64,000 bases of DNA from Gemmatimonadaceae bacterium (GTDB taxonomy: Bacteria > Gemmatimonadota > Gemmatimonadetes > Gemmatimonadales > Gemmatimonadaceae). Below the pieces are notes generated by a model. It was not told the DNA's origin, ran no database searches, and worked only from the letters and a program-made list of their open reading frames with translations. The position numbers and the translations under genes are program-made. Positions within the stretch are counted from its first letter, which is position 1; every line of letters starts with the position of its first letter. The stretch lies in assembly GCA_044224875.1 (NCBI GenBank), contig JBGAJQ010000018.1, forward strand, positions 12,915 to 76,914. The letters are read 5' to 3'. This document shows, one piece after another, positions 29,418 to 40,385 of this stretch.

Positions 29418-30769
29418 TCGTCATCAAATTCGGTGGCACGTCGGTGGGGGATGCCGACGCGATCAATCGCGCTGCGGAGATCGTGCACGACCGTCGATCG
29501 CGGCGACCGGTGGTCGTGGTGTCGGCACTGGGCGGAGCGACCAACGCCCTGCTGTCGATTGCGGCGCAGGCCACCGATGGACACCTCATCAGTGCCATGC
29601 GCGGTGTGGAGGCCCTCCGCGAACGTCATCTCGAGGCCGCGGAGGCCCTGCTCGGTTCGTGGGCAGAAGCAACGGACGTTATCTCGGACCTCAGCGCGAC
29701 GTTTGACGAATTGGCAAGCCTGGCCGAGGCCCTCTCGGTGCTCGGGCACGCCACACCGCGGAGCCGCGATGCGATCGCGGCGAAAGGGGAGATGCTGAGT
29801 TCCGAGCTGGTGGCGGCCGCATTTCGGTTACGTGGCGTTCCGGCCGTTCATGTGGATGCGTCGCAGGTGATGATCACGTCGGATCAGTTTGAGAAGGCTG
29901 AACCGCTTCCGGACAAGATCGCGGCTGCTACTCGAACCGTGGTGCGGCCCATCGTGGAGCGTGGCGCTGTGCCCGTGCTCGGCGGGTACATTGGCGCGTC
30001 GGAAAAGGGGATCATCACCACGCTGGGCCGCGGCGGGTCCGACTACAGTGCCTCGCTCATTGGTGCCGCGTTAGGCGTCGAAGCCATCGAGATCTGGACG
30101 GACGTCGACGGCATGCTCACCGCGGACCCGCGTGTCGTCCCGGACGCGCAGGTGATCGATCGCATCCGGTTTGACGAGGCCAGTGAGCTGGCGTCATTCG
30201 GAGCCAAGGTCCTGCATCCGAACACCATCGCGCCTGCCGTCCGGTTGGGAATTCCCGTCTACATCTTCAACTCCCGCCGGCCCGAAGGGCAGGGGACGCA
30301 AATCACTTTCGACGCGCCGCTGCGCGAGGTGCGTGCGATCGCCGGAAAGCAACCCGTGACAGTGATCAAGGTGCGTTCGCCTCGGATGCTGTTGGTTCAC
30401 GGTTTCCTGCGCACCGTGTTCGAGATCTTCGATCGGCATCGCACGTCAGTGGACGTCGTGGCCACATCGGAGGTGTCGGTGAGCCTGACGGTCGATGACG
30501 CTTCGCACCTGGACGAACTGCTGGTGGAATTGGCGCAGCTGGGCGATGTGTCGGTCGAACGAAACCGTGGGATCGTGGCCTTGGTTGGCGCCGGTTTGGG
30601 TGCGAGCACTGCCGCCATGTCACGGGCTCTGGCGGCCGTTGGGCCGGTGCGGATTCACATGCTGTCGTTGTCGGCCAGTGGGATCAACCTGACGATGCTG
30701 GTCGATGGCGATCAGGTGCCAGCCACGATGCGCGCCCTGCATGCGGCGTTCTTTGGTGCGGCCGTATGA
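29414..30769 (+). CDS. lysC: Aspartate kinase
   Basis: KFGGTSV, TTLGRGGSDYSA, WTDVDG, GAKVLHP, two ACT domains. Confidence 0.95.
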   Translation: MIVIKFGGTSVGDADAINRAAEIVHDRRSRRPVVVVSALGGATNALLSIAAQATDGHLISAMRGVEALRERHLEAAEALLGSWAEATDVISDLSATFDELASLAEALSVLGHATPRSRDAIAAKGEMLSSELVAAAFRLRGVPAVHVDASQVMITSDQFEKAEPLPDKIAAATRTVVRPIVERGAVPVLGGYIGASEKGIITTLGRGGSDYSASLIGAALGVEAIEIWTDVDGMLTADPRVVPDAQVIDRIRFDEASELASFGAKVLHPNTIAPAVRLGIPVYIFNSRRPEGQGTQITFDAPLREVRAIAGKQPVTVIKVRSPRMLLVHGFLRTVFEIFDRHRTSVDVVATSEVSVSLTVDDASHLDELLVELAQLGDVSVERNRGIVALVGAGLGASTAAMSRALAAVGPVRIHMLSLSASGINLTMLVDGDQVPATMRALHAAFFGAAV

Positions 30770-31473
30770 AGCCCTTGAAGATCGCCTGCATAGGGTATGG
30801 CAAGATGGGGCGATCGGTCGAGGCGCTGGCCGTAGCGCGCGGGCATGAAGTCGTGGCGCGAATCGATCGCGCGACGAGGGAGGGGAGGGCCAGCCTCACG
30901 CGTGAGGCGCTCGGCCAGGCGGACGTTGCGATCGAGTTCTCTGTTCCCGATGCGGCCGTGGCCAACGCCTTGGCGTGTCTGGATGCGGGCGTCCCGGTGG
31001 TCGTGGGTACGACCGGATGGTATGGGGAGCTCGCGCGGGTGCGTGAGCACGCGGAGCGGCGGGGTGGAAGTCTCTTTTTTGCGCCGAATTTTTCGCCGGG
31101 CGTCGCCATCTTTGCGGCGATCGCCGCGCGGGCCGCCGCGATGCTGGCGGGGGACGCGACCTTCGACGTGCACATCGTGGAAACGCACCACGCGGCCAAG
31201 CGAGACGCTCCCTCGGGGACGGCCAAGCTGCTCCGCGATGCGTTGGCAACGGAACCGCCGCGCGAGATCCCTATAACGAGTGTGCGCGTTGGTTCGGTTC
31301 CAGGAACGCACGAGATCATATGCGACGCCCCCTTCGAGCAGATTCGGTTGGTGCATGAAGCGCGGGATCGGCGGGTGTTCGCCGCCGGCGCGTTGCGTGC
31401 GGCGGAATGGCTCGTTGGTCGCGTTGGCGTGTTTACCATGGACGACATGTTGCAACTGACCGGAGGGTCGTGA
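30766..31473 (+). CDS. dapB: 4-hydroxy-tetrahydrodipicolinate reductase
   Basis: GYGKMG, VVGTTG, ETHHAAKRDAPSGTA. Confidence 0.95.
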   Translation: MKPLKIACIGYGKMGRSVEALAVARGHEVVARIDRATREGRASLTREALGQADVAIEFSVPDAAVANALACLDAGVPVVVGTTGWYGELARVREHAERRGGSLFFAPNFSPGVAIFAAIAARAAAMLAGDATFDVHIVETHHAAKRDAPSGTAKLLRDALATEPPREIPITSVRVGSVPGTHEIICDAPFEQIRLVHEARDRRVFAAGALRAAEWLVGRVGVFTMDDMLQLTGGS

Positions 31474-32369
31474 TCGTGAGCGCCTCACTCCTTCGGGGCT
31501 GCGGAACCGCCCTTGTGACTCCCTTCACGCGCAGCGGCGCGGTAGACGAGGGGGCCGTCCGAGCCCTGGTCCAATGGCAGCTGGACGAAGGCATTCATTT
31601 CCTGGTTCCCTGCGGATCCACGGGCGAGGCGGTCACGCTGACGCCGGCCGAACATCGCCGCGTGGTCGAGCTGACGGTTGACGTGGTGGCCGGACGCGTT
31701 CCAGTGGTTGCGGGTGCCGGTTCCAATGATACCGCCAAGGCGATCGTCCTCTCCCGGGAGATGGCGGCAGCCGGTGCGACGCACCTGTTGCATGTCTCGC
31801 CGATGTACAACAAGCCGCCACAGCGAGGCATGGTAGCGCACTTCCGAGCGATCGCCGACGCCGTGAGCCTTCCCATCGTTGTCTACAATGTGCCGGGACG
31901 CACGGCCAGCAATATCGAGGCTCGTACGACCCTGGAGTTGGCGCAGATTCCGGGAATCGTGGCGGTGAAGGAGGCGTCGGGGAATGTTGGACAGGTCGCC
32001 GACATCCTGCGTGACTGTCCCGCGGACTTCAGTGTCCTATCGGGCGACGATGCGCTCACGGTTCCGATGATGGCACTGGGTGCGCACGGGGTCATCTCGG
32101 TGATCAGCAATGCCACGCCGCGCGCCATGGCCCAACTGGTCGACGCCTGCGCGGCGGGTGATTTCACGAAGGGCGCGGCGCTGCATCGACAGCTACAACC
32201 GTGGATGTCGGCCGCGTTCGTCGAGAGCAACCCGATCCCGGTGAAGGCGGCGTTGTCCATGATGGGCCGAATCGAGAATGTCCTGCGCCTGCCGCTGGTC
32301 CCGCTGAGCGAGACGCACGTGCCGGGCGTCCGATCCGCTCTCGTCGCCGCCGGAGCCATGGACCGATGA
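31470..32369 (+). CDS. dapA: 4-hydroxy-tetrahydrodipicolinate synthase
   Basis: GSTGE, YNVPGRT, VKEASG, ESNPIPVK. Confidence 0.96.
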   Translation: MIVSASLLRGCGTALVTPFTRSGAVDEGAVRALVQWQLDEGIHFLVPCGSTGEAVTLTPAEHRRVVELTVDVVAGRVPVVAGAGSNDTAKAIVLSREMAAAGATHLLHVSPMYNKPPQRGMVAHFRAIADAVSLPIVVYNVPGRTASNIEARTTLELAQIPGIVAVKEASGNVGQVADILRDCPADFSVLSGDDALTVPMMALGAHGVISVISNATPRAMAQLVDACAAGDFTKGAALHRQLQPWMSAAFVESNPIPVKAALSMMGRIENVLRLPLVPLSETHVPGVRSALVAAGAMDR

Positions 32370-33220
32370 CCGATGCGCTCGTCAGGTTGGAGTCACGCGT
32401 TCAGGAGCTCGCGGCCTGGCCTTCTTCGGAAGCGCTCCCGGCGGATGCCGAGGCCGTGGTCGCCCAGCTGATCGAGTCTCTGGAGGGTGGCGAAGTACGA
32501 GCGGCGCAACGCGACGAACGGAACACCTGGCGCGCCGTTCCCTGGGTCAAGAAGGGGATCCTGCTCGCCTTTCGCGCTGGACGCATCGTCGCGTGGTCGG
32601 ATGACCGGTCGATCTTGTCGTTCCAGGACAAGCACACACTGCCTATTCGCCGCTTCGGGACGGAGGACGGCGTGCGGGTGGTTCCGGGAGGGTCCAGTGT
32701 CCGGCGTGGTGCCTATGTGGCGCCTAACGTCGTCTGCATGCCGCCGATGTACATCAACGTCGGCGCATGGGTTGGGCGTGGCACCATGGTCGATTCCCAC
32801 GCACTGGTCGGCTCGTGCGCGCAGATCGGCGAACGCGTACACCTGAGCGCCGCGGCGCAGATCGGTGGCGTGCTGGAGCCAGTGAACGCCGCACCGGTGA
32901 TCGTCGAGGATGACGTCATCGTCGGTGGCAATTGTGGCGTGTATGAGGGCACCGTGGTGCGGCAGCGCGCCGTGCTCGCCGCTGGCACCATCCTCACGAG
33001 GGGCACGCCCGTGTTCGACCTGGTGCGCGAGCAGGTCTATCGAGGCTCGACCGACGCACCGCTGGAGATCCCGCCGGGCGCTGTCGTGGTGCCGGGCGCT
33101 CGCCAGGTCGCCGGTGGATGGGGCGCCACACAACACCTCTCGTTGCAGACGCCGGTGATCGTAAAGTACCGCGATGAAAAGACCGACCTCTCGACCGCCC
33201 TCGAGGAATGGCTGCGTTAG
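32366..33220 (+). CDS. dapD: Tetrahydrodipicolinate N-succinyltransferase
   Basis: WVKKGILLAF, RVVPGG, hexapeptide repeats, GGVLEP. Confidence 0.93.
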   Translation: MTDALVRLESRVQELAAWPSSEALPADAEAVVAQLIESLEGGEVRAAQRDERNTWRAVPWVKKGILLAFRAGRIVAWSDDRSILSFQDKHTLPIRRFGTEDGVRVVPGGSSVRRGAYVAPNVVCMPPMYINVGAWVGRGTMVDSHALVGSCAQIGERVHLSAAAQIGGVLEPVNAAPVIVEDDVIVGGNCGVYEGTVVRQRAVLAAGTILTRGTPVFDLVREQVYRGSTDAPLEIPPGAVVVPGARQVAGGWGATQHLSLQTPVIVKYRDEKTDLSTALEEWLR

Positions 33221-34500
33221 GCATGCGGGAGCTTCAGGTGTCTGGTGTCATCCGAGTGCCGGGTGACAAGTCGATCTCGCATCGCGCGTTGATGCTTGGC
33301 ACGCTTGCCGACGGTCGGTCGACCATCCGTGGCATCCTGCAAAGCGACGATGTCGCCAGTACGGCACGCGTACTGGGTGCACTCGGCGCGCAGATTCCGC
33401 GGCTCTCCGATGACATGACCTTCACCGGGCGCGGACTCGGGGGACTGAACTCACCCGGGGAACCGCTGGACTGTGGAAACAGCGGGACGACTGCGCGCCT
33501 CGTGGCCGGGATCGTCGCCGGCGCCGGTGTGGATGCGACGCTGCTGGGGGACGCCAGCTTGCACACGCGGCCCATGGGACGCGTGGCGAAGCCGTTGCAG
33601 CTCATGGGGGCAGAGGTATCGTTTCTCGAGGTGCCGGATCGTCTCCCGATGCGGATATCGGGACGGCGGTTGCACGGCGTGCACTACGAGTCGCCCACGG
33701 CGAGCGCGCAAATCAAGAGTGCCGTGCTCCTCGCCGCGGTAACAGCGCGGGTACCAGCGTCTGTTGCGGAGCCGACGCGCTCTCGCGATCACTCGGAGCA
33801 CATGCTCCAATCGATGGGCGTGGAGATGACGATCTCCGATCGTGAGGTTGCGATCACCAGGGTTCCGGAGCGACTGGCACCGCTCAACCTACACGTGCCC
33901 GGAGATCCTTCATCGGCGGCTTACTTTCTCGCTCTCGGGGCCCTGGCGCAGGCCGGAACGTTGCGCCTGACGAATGTGCTCCTGAACCCCACGCGCACCG
34001 GTTTCGTCGCCGCCCTGCAACGGATGGGCGCTCGCCTTCGCGTCGAGGGATCGCAATCGGTGGCAGGGGAGATGGTCGGAGATCTCGTGATCGAGGGCGG
34101 GGGAGCGCTCGCCTCCACACAGGTCGATGCCGATGAAGTGCCGTCGATGATCGATGAATTGCCACTGCTTGCCTGCCTCGCCAGCCGGGCGGCAGGCGAG
34201 ACGATCATCCGCGGTGCCCGGGAGATGCGGGTAAAGGAGTCGGATCGCATCGCGGTCACCGTCGCGAACCTGAGAGCGATTGGCGTCGACGCGTCGGAGC
34301 TGCCGGACGGTCTTCGAGTCACCGGAAGCGGGCATCCACTGCGTGGCCAGGTGGCAACACATGATGACCATCGGATCGCCATGTCCTTCGGGATCCTTCA
34401 GGCCTTACCGGGAGCCGCGATTACGCTGGACAATCCCGGTTGTGTGACGATTTCTTACCCAGACTTTTGGCGCGACCTGGAGCGGGCCTGTGGCGCCTAA
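33208..34500 (+). CDS. aroA: EPSP synthase
   Basis: PGDKSISHR, CGNSGTT, SAQIKS, RVKESDRI, DHRIAM. Confidence 0.96.
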   Translation: MAALGMRELQVSGVIRVPGDKSISHRALMLGTLADGRSTIRGILQSDDVASTARVLGALGAQIPRLSDDMTFTGRGLGGLNSPGEPLDCGNSGTTARLVAGIVAGAGVDATLLGDASLHTRPMGRVAKPLQLMGAEVSFLEVPDRLPMRISGRRLHGVHYESPTASAQIKSAVLLAAVTARVPASVAEPTRSRDHSEHMLQSMGVEMTISDREVAITRVPERLAPLNLHVPGDPSSAAYFLALGALAQAGTLRLTNVLLNPTRTGFVAALQRMGARLRVEGSQSVAGEMVGDLVIEGGGALASTQVDADEVPSMIDELPLLACLASRAAGETIIRGAREMRVKESDRIAVTVANLRAIGVDASELPDGLRVTGSGHPLRGQVATHDDHRIAMSFGILQALPGAAITLDNPGCVTISYPDFWRDLERACGA

Positions 34501-35164
34501 GTATATGGTGGTCGCGATCGACGGCCCCGCGGCGTCGGGTAAGTCGTCGACGGCGCAGTGGGTGGCGCAGGAACTCAAATTCCGACACGTGGATTCGGGC
34601 GCGCTGTATCGCGCGGCAGCAGCGGCCGCGATGCGTCGGGGAGTACCCGTGGAGGCCCTACGCGAGGAGGACGTCCTGCAGGCCGTGGGATCGGTGGGCC
34701 TGGCGGCGAAGACCACCTCCTTCGCACCGCTGCTCGACGGCGACGACGCCTCCGAGGAAATCCGAACCGAAGCCGTCACCCGGGCCGTCTCGGTCGTGGC
34801 TCAGATGCCACGGGTGCGAGCATGGGTCAACGAACGCGTCCAACAAGTCGCCGCCAACCATGATGTGGTGGTAGACGGGCGAGACATGGGAACAGCGGTT
34901 TTCCCCCAGGCCGCCCTCAAGGTCTTCCTGGTGGCGGACCCTTGGGAACGTGCTCGGCGACGGCTCATTCAAGTGTTGGGCCGACACCCCAGCGACCCTG
35001 AGATCGCGGAAGAGACCGAACGCCTGGTGCGCCGTGACGCAGCGGACGCGACGCAAACGGCGCAGGCGCGCGATGCCGTTCTCATCGACACGACGTACCT
35101 GACGCAAGAGCAGCAGGTCGCGCGAATCGTAGCACTCGCGCTGGCGGCTCGTCCACGCGAATAG
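34490..35164 (+). CDS. cmk: Cytidylate kinase
   Basis: IDGPAASGKSS, DSGALYR, DGRDMGTAVFP. Confidence 0.95.
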   Translation: MAPKYMVVAIDGPAASGKSSTAQWVAQELKFRHVDSGALYRAAAAAAMRRGVPVEALREEDVLQAVGSVGLAAKTTSFAPLLDGDDASEEIRTEAVTRAVSVVAQMPRVRAWVNERVQQVAANHDVVVDGRDMGTAVFPQAALKVFLVADPWERARRRLIQVLGRHPSDPEIAEETERLVRRDAADATQTAQARDAVLIDTTYLTQEQQVARIVALALAARPRE

Positions 35165-35294
35165 AGCCCACCCGGGGTACTCCGGTCGATTTGCCGGAAA
35201 CTCTTCGCGGAAGTCGCCGCAGTGCCTTGGCAAAGCGCCTTCTGAGCGACTAACGGAGCGCCGGGCGCCCGCTGGTGGCGCGTAAGCGTGACCG

Positions 35295-35435
35295 TTGAGA
35301 AAACGCGCCGTCTCCCATAGCTTTATCGGCTCCCCGCAAATGCAACGCCGTATGCGGCTTCGGCATTTGCACGTCGTCTAACCTCAACCGGGATCGGCGG
35401 TCCGTTCTGCCGAGCCGTTCCCCACTTTGGAGTCT
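35295..35435 (+). promoter_or_regulatory. rpsA promoter and structured leader
   Basis: TTGAGA-17 bp-TAGCTT (35295-35323); hairpins GCAAATGC/GCATTTGC (35336-35370) and TCGGCGG/CTGCCGA. Confidence 0.55.
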
Positions 35436-37208
35436 ATGTCCGAACTCGAATCCACCCCAACCGGCACGGTCGAAAAGCGCAAAGCCCAAAAGGGCGAGCT
35501 TCGTCCGCTTGCCAACCGTCGCCCGGAACTCTACGACGAGGATGAATACTCGTCCGCCGAGTATGAGCGGATGATGGAGATGTACAACGGAACGCTCGCA
35601 TCCATCGACGAAGGTGAGATCGTCAAGTCGAAGGTGCTCGAGATCCGTGAGAACATGGTTGTCCTCGACATCGGCTTTAAGTCCGAAGGGACGATCCCGC
35701 TCGAAGAATTCAAGGACATGCCCGACCTCAAGCCGGGCGATGAAGTTGAGGTTCTTCTGGAGCACCTGGAAGATCAGGAAGGGTCGGTCGTCCTCTCGAA
35801 GAAGAAGGCCGATTTCATGCGGGTGTGGGAACGCATCCGCGTGGCATATGAAACCGACCAGCCGGTGGAAGGCACGCTCGTCAAGAAGATCAAGGGCGGC
35901 GTGGTGGTGGACCTGATGGGAGTGGATGCGTTCCTCCCGGGTTCGCAGATCGCGCTGCGTCGTGTCCCCAACATCGACGAGCTGCTCGGCCAGAAGTACG
36001 AGTTCAAGATCATCAAGCTCAACAAGCGCCGCCGCAACATCGTCGTGTCGCGCCGTGTGATCCTGGAAGCCGAACGCGCCGGCAAGCGCGAGAAGCTCAT
36101 GAAGGAGTTGCAGAAGGATCAGGTGCGAAAGGGCGTGGTCAAGAACATCACGGACTTCGGCGCGTTCATCGACCTGGGTGGCGTGGACGGCTTGCTGCAC
36201 ATCACCGACATGTCGTGGGGCCGCATTTCGCATCCCAACGAGATGGTCCACATCGGACAGGAGCTGGAGATCAAGGTCCTGGACATCGATTGGGACCGCG
36301 AGCGTATCTCGCTCGGACTCAAGCAGCTGCAACCGTATCCGTGGAAGGATGTCATTGCCAAGTACCCGGTCGGCACGCGGGTCACCGGCAAGGTGGTGTC
36401 CATCACGAACTACGGCGCGTTCATCGAACTGGAGCCGGGCATCGAAGGACTGGTGCACATCTCCGAGATGAGCTGGACGCGCAACGTGCGGCATCCGTCG
36501 AAGATCGTGTCGATCGGCGAGACCATCGAGGCCGTGGTGCTCAAGGTGGATCCGAACGAAGAGAAGATCTCGCTCGGCATGAAGCAGACGGAGCAGGATC
36601 CCTGGATGGTGCTGCCGCTGAAGTATCCGGTGGGCACGCGTCTCTCTGGCAAGGTCCGCAACCTCACGAGCTTCGGCGCCTTTGTCGAAATCGAACCGGG
36701 CATCGACGGCCTCATTCACATCTCCGACATGAGCTGGACCAAGCGCGTGCAGCACCCGTCGGAAGTGGTGAAGAAGGGCGATACGGTAGATGTCGTGATC
36801 CTGAACATCGACAGCGACAACAAGCGGATCTCGTTAGGTCTCAAGCAGGCGACCGACGATCCGTGGCTGTCGATCGGCGAGACGTATCCTGTTGGCACCG
36901 AGTTGCGTGGGCATGTGGTGCGCTTGATGGAAAAGGGCGTGGTCGTCGACATCGGCAACGACATCGAGGGCTTTGTCCCGCTCAGCCACATTCCGTCCAC
37001 CAAGCAGATCAACTCGCCGGCCGATGTCTGCTGGGAAGGGATGATCCTTGACCTGCGCATCGTGGAGGTCGATCCGATTCATCGCCGTATCGTCCTCACC
37101 GTCACGGATATTCCCGAGGAGCAACCGCCAAAGCCGGAGGGTCCGGTCAAGATTCACACGGACGATGAAGTCCCGGCGATCGAAGACGTGGCCGACATGA
37201 TCGAGTAG
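35436..37208 (+). CDS. rpsA: 30S ribosomal protein S1
   Basis: Six S1 repeats (FGAF.....GIDGL.HISDMSW). Confidence 0.98.
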   Translation: MSELESTPTGTVEKRKAQKGELRPLANRRPELYDEDEYSSAEYERMMEMYNGTLASIDEGEIVKSKVLEIRENMVVLDIGFKSEGTIPLEEFKDMPDLKPGDEVEVLLEHLEDQEGSVVLSKKKADFMRVWERIRVAYETDQPVEGTLVKKIKGGVVVDLMGVDAFLPGSQIALRRVPNIDELLGQKYEFKIIKLNKRRRNIVVSRRVILEAERAGKREKLMKELQKDQVRKGVVKNITDFGAFIDLGGVDGLLHITDMSWGRISHPNEMVHIGQELEIKVLDIDWDRERISLGLKQLQPYPWKDVIAKYPVGTRVTGKVVSITNYGAFIELEPGIEGLVHISEMSWTRNVRHPSKIVSIGETIEAVVLKVDPNEEKISLGMKQTEQDPWMVLPLKYPVGTRLSGKVRNLTSFGAFVEIEPGIDGLIHISDMSWTKRVQHPSEVVKKGDTVDVVILNIDSDNKRISLGLKQATDDPWLSIGETYPVGTELRGHVVRLMEKGVVVDIGNDIEGFVPLSHIPSTKQINSPADVCWEGMILDLRIVEVDPIHRRIVLTVTDIPEEQPPKPEGPVKIHTDDEVPAIEDVADMIE

Positions 37209-37234
37209 GACGGTCGAGTCACCTGTTGGTTGCA

Positions 37235-37266
37235 CGCGCCCCGCGAGTTCCGATTCGCGGGGCGCG
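37235..37266 (+). terminator. Hairpin after rpsA
   Basis: CGCGCCCCGCGAGT-tccg-ATTCGCGGGGCGCG. Confidence 0.6.
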
Positions 37267-37326
37267 ATCATTTCCAGCGCATCGCTTCCTAGTGGAGACG
37301 TTGGAGCGACACTAGGTTTCGGCGCC

Positions 37327-38877
37327 ATGAGCATGCGCGAGAACCTGGAGCTCCTCGAGCGACGACGCGCCGAGTCAGAGCAGGGCGGCGGCCCAAGCCG
37401 GATCCAAGCCCAGCACGACAAGGGGAAGCTGACGGCGCGGGAACGACTCGACCTGCTGCTCGACGATGGCAGCTTTGTGGAGTACGACCGCTTCGTCACC
37501 CATCGGTCGACGGACTTCGGCTTGGAAACGCAGAAGACGTACGGCGATGGCGTGGTAACGGGTCACGGGCGGATCGACGGCCGCCTGGTCTACGTCTTCT
37601 CCCAGGATTTCACGGTCTTTGGCGGGTCGTTGTCCGAGACCTTCGCCGAAAAAATCTGCAAGGTGATGGACCTCGCGGTACGAAATGGGGCGCCGGTCAT
37701 CGGACTGAACGACTCCGGCGGGGCCCGCATCCAGGAAGGCGTGGTGTCGTTAGGTGGGTACGCCGACATTTTCCTTCGCAACACGCTGGCGTCGGGCGTG
37801 GTGCCGCAGATCTCTGCGATCCTTGGTCCCTGTGCCGGCGGGGCCGTATACTCGCCGGCCATCACCGACTTCATCTTCATGGTGCGCGGGACCTCGTACA
37901 TGTTCGTCACTGGACCCAACGTGGTGAAGACGGTCACCCACGAGGACGTGACCATGGAGGCCTTGGGCGGAGCGGACACGCATGCGGCGACGTCGGGCGT
38001 CGCGCATTTCGCCTGCGATTCGGAGTTGCAGTGTCTGCAGATGATCCGGGACATGTTCCGATTCATCCCGCAGAACAACCTCGCCGATCCGCCACGCGGT
38101 GCCGGGACAGATCCGCGCGACCGGCGCGATGAAGCGCTCCTCGACATCGTTCCCGACAGCCCCAACAAGCCCTATGACATGCATGACGTCATCCGTCGCG
38201 TGTTCGACGATGGCGAGTTTTACGAAGTGCACAAGTCGTTTGCCGAGAACATTCTCTGCGGCTTCGCGCACCTGGGCGGGCATTCCGTCGGCATCATCGC
38301 AAATCAGCCAGCCGTCCTCGCCGGAGTGTTGGACATCAATGCGTCGATCAAGGGGGCGCGCTTCGTGCGTTTCTGCGACGCGTTCAATATCCCGATCATC
38401 ACCTTCGAAGACGTTCCCGGCTTCCTCCCGGGCGTGGCCCAGGAACACGGCGGCATCATCCGTCACGGCGCCAAGCTGCTGTATGCGTATTGCGAGGCCA
38501 CGGTGCCAAAGCTCACCGTGATCACTCGTAAGGCCTACGGTGGCGCCTACGACGTGATGAACTCCAAGCACATTCGTGGTGACATGAACCTCGCCTGGCC
38601 CACCGCCGAAATCGCTGTCATGGGCCCCAAGGGCGCAGTGGAAATCCTCTTCCGCAAGGAGATCGCCGAGGCCGAGGATCCGCAGGCAGCGATGGACGAA
38701 CGGGTGGCGGAGTATACCGCCAAGTTCGCGAATCCTTACGTCGCTGCGAGCCGTGGGTTCGTGGACGACATCATCGATCCGCGCGACACGCGCATGCGAT
38801 TGATCGATGCCTTGGACACGCTCGTGGCTAAACGCGACCGCAACCCGCCAAAGAAGCACGGCAACATCCCACTCTGA
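37327..38877 (+). CDS. pccB: Acyl-CoA (propionyl-CoA) carboxylase carboxyltransferase subunit
   Basis: [46 protein letters not shown]. Confidence 0.92.
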   Translation: MSMRENLELLERRRAESEQGGGPSRIQAQHDKGKLTARERLDLLLDDGSFVEYDRFVTHRSTDFGLETQKTYGDGVVTGHGRIDGRLVYVFSQDFTVFGGSLSETFAEKICKVMDLAVRNGAPVIGLNDSGGARIQEGVVSLGGYADIFLRNTLASGVVPQISAILGPCAGGAVYSPAITDFIFMVRGTSYMFVTGPNVVKTVTHEDVTMEALGGADTHAATSGVAHFACDSELQCLQMIRDMFRFIPQNNLADPPRGAGTDPRDRRDEALLDIVPDSPNKPYDMHDVIRRVFDDGEFYEVHKSFAENILCGFAHLGGHSVGIIANQPAVLAGVLDINASIKGARFVRFCDAFNIPIITFEDVPGFLPGVAQEHGGIIRHGAKLLYAYCEATVPKLTVITRKAYGGAYDVMNSKHIRGDMNLAWPTAEIAVMGPKGAVEILFRKEIAEAEDPQAAMDERVAEYTAKFANPYVAASRGFVDDIIDPRDTRMRLIDALDTLVAKRDRNPPKKHGNIPL

Positions 38878-40382
38878 TGTTCTCCAAGGTGTTGGTCGCC
38901 AATCGCGGCGAGATTGCCCTGCGGGTCATCCGCGCCTGTCGCGAACTGGGTGTGAGGTCGGTTGCGGTGTACTCGGACGCGGACGTCCAGGCGCCGCACG
39001 TGCGCGAGGCGGACGAAGCCGTGCATATCGGCGCTGCTGCGTCCACAGAGAGCTACCTGAAGGGCGATCGGATCGTCGAAGCGGCGATGAAGTCGGGCGC
39101 CGAGGCCATCCACCCGGGGTACGGTTTCCTATCGGAACGGGAGTGGTTCGCGCGACTCGTGCGCGATTCGGGCCTAACGTTTGTCGGACCGCCGGCAGAG
39201 GCGATCGCGGCCATGGGGAGCAAGACCTCGGCGCGCCAGCTGGCCATCGCCGCCGGCGTGCCCGTCGTGCCTGGCACGACCACGGCCTTACGCGATGCCG
39301 ATGAAGCAATCGAGATCGCGGAAGGATTCGGATACCCCATTCTCCTCAAGGCAGCGGCGGGCGGTGGCGGGAAGGGAATGCGGGTCGTGCGCGAGGCGCG
39401 CGACCTGGGTTCGTCGCTGGACGCGGCGCGCCGCGAGGCACGGAACGCCTTTGGGGATGACGCCGTCTACATCGAGAAGTACATCGAAGGGCCGCGACAC
39501 ATCGAGATCCAGGTACTCGCGGACCGGCATGGAACGGTGCTGTCGTTAGGTGAGCGGGAGTGCTCGATCCAGCGGCGCCACCAAAAGATGATCGAAGAAG
39601 CGCCCAGCGTCGCCGTCGATGCCGACCTGCGCCGCCGCATGGGTGCCACGGCCGTCGCCGCGGCGCGCGCCGCCAGCTACGAAAATGCAGGCACGTGCGA
39701 GTTCCTCGTCGACCGGGATGGCAATTTCTACTTCCTGGAGATGAACACCCGCTTGCAGGTGGAGCACCCAGTCACCGAGTTGGTCACGGGCATCGACATC
39801 GTGCAGTGGCAACTGCGCATTGCGGCGGGCGAGCGCTTGCCGTTCCCGGAGGAGATGACGCCACGTGGATGGGCCATCGAATGCCGCATCACCAGTGAGG
39901 ATCCGGCGAACGGGTTCTTCCCGTCCACGGGGCGCATTCATTACCTCAAGGTGCCGGCAGGTCCGGGCGTCCGTTGGGACGGAGGCGTCGAGACCGGCAG
40001 CGTGGTGGGGCTGCACTACGATCCGATGCTTGCCAAGCTGATCGCGTGGGGGGCCACGCGTGACCAGGCGATCCAGCGCATGCATCGCGCTCTGGATGAA
40101 TTGGTGGTGTTAGGCGTGGAAACGTCGCGTGAGTTTCACCTGCGGGTGATGGAGGACGCAGACTTCCAGGCTGGCAACATCGAGATCCAGTGGCTCGAGC
40201 GGAAGCTCCCTGAGTTGCTGGCGAGGCGCGCCACCGATGAAGGGCGGATGGCGGCGGCCGTGGCGGCGGCCTTGATGGCGGATCGGGACCGCGGTTCGCG
40301 GTTGAAGTCTGGCCCATCTCCCGCGGTAACGTCGGGTAACGATGCGTGGCGCGATGCGGCCCGGAGAGAGGGCCTCCGCTAG
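38877..40382 (+). CDS. accC: Biotin carboxylase subunit
   Basis: ANRGEIALR, HPGYGFLSE, GGGGKGMR, RECSIQRRHQK, EMNTRLQVEH. Confidence 0.93.
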   Translation: MFSKVLVANRGEIALRVIRACRELGVRSVAVYSDADVQAPHVREADEAVHIGAAASTESYLKGDRIVEAAMKSGAEAIHPGYGFLSEREWFARLVRDSGLTFVGPPAEAIAAMGSKTSARQLAIAAGVPVVPGTTTALRDADEAIEIAEGFGYPILLKAAAGGGGKGMRVVREARDLGSSLDAARREARNAFGDDAVYIEKYIEGPRHIEIQVLADRHGTVLSLGERECSIQRRHQKMIEEAPSVAVDADLRRRMGATAVAAARAASYENAGTCEFLVDRDGNFYFLEMNTRLQVEHPVTELVTGIDIVQWQLRIAAGERLPFPEEMTPRGWAIECRITSEDPANGFFPSTGRIHYLKVPAGPGVRWDGGVETGSVVGLHYDPMLAKLIAWGATRDQAIQRMHRALDELVVLGVETSREFHLRVMEDADFQAGNIEIQWLERKLPELLARRATDEGRMAAAVAAALMADRDRGSRLKSGPSPAVTSGNDAWRDAARREGLR

Positions 40383-40385
40383 GTC

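Noticed and set aside
35250..36755. Long antisense ORFs (501 aa opposite rpsA; also opposite rny, pccB and pnp)
   Set aside because: Shadow ORFs expected from high-GC codon bias; no recognisable motifs.
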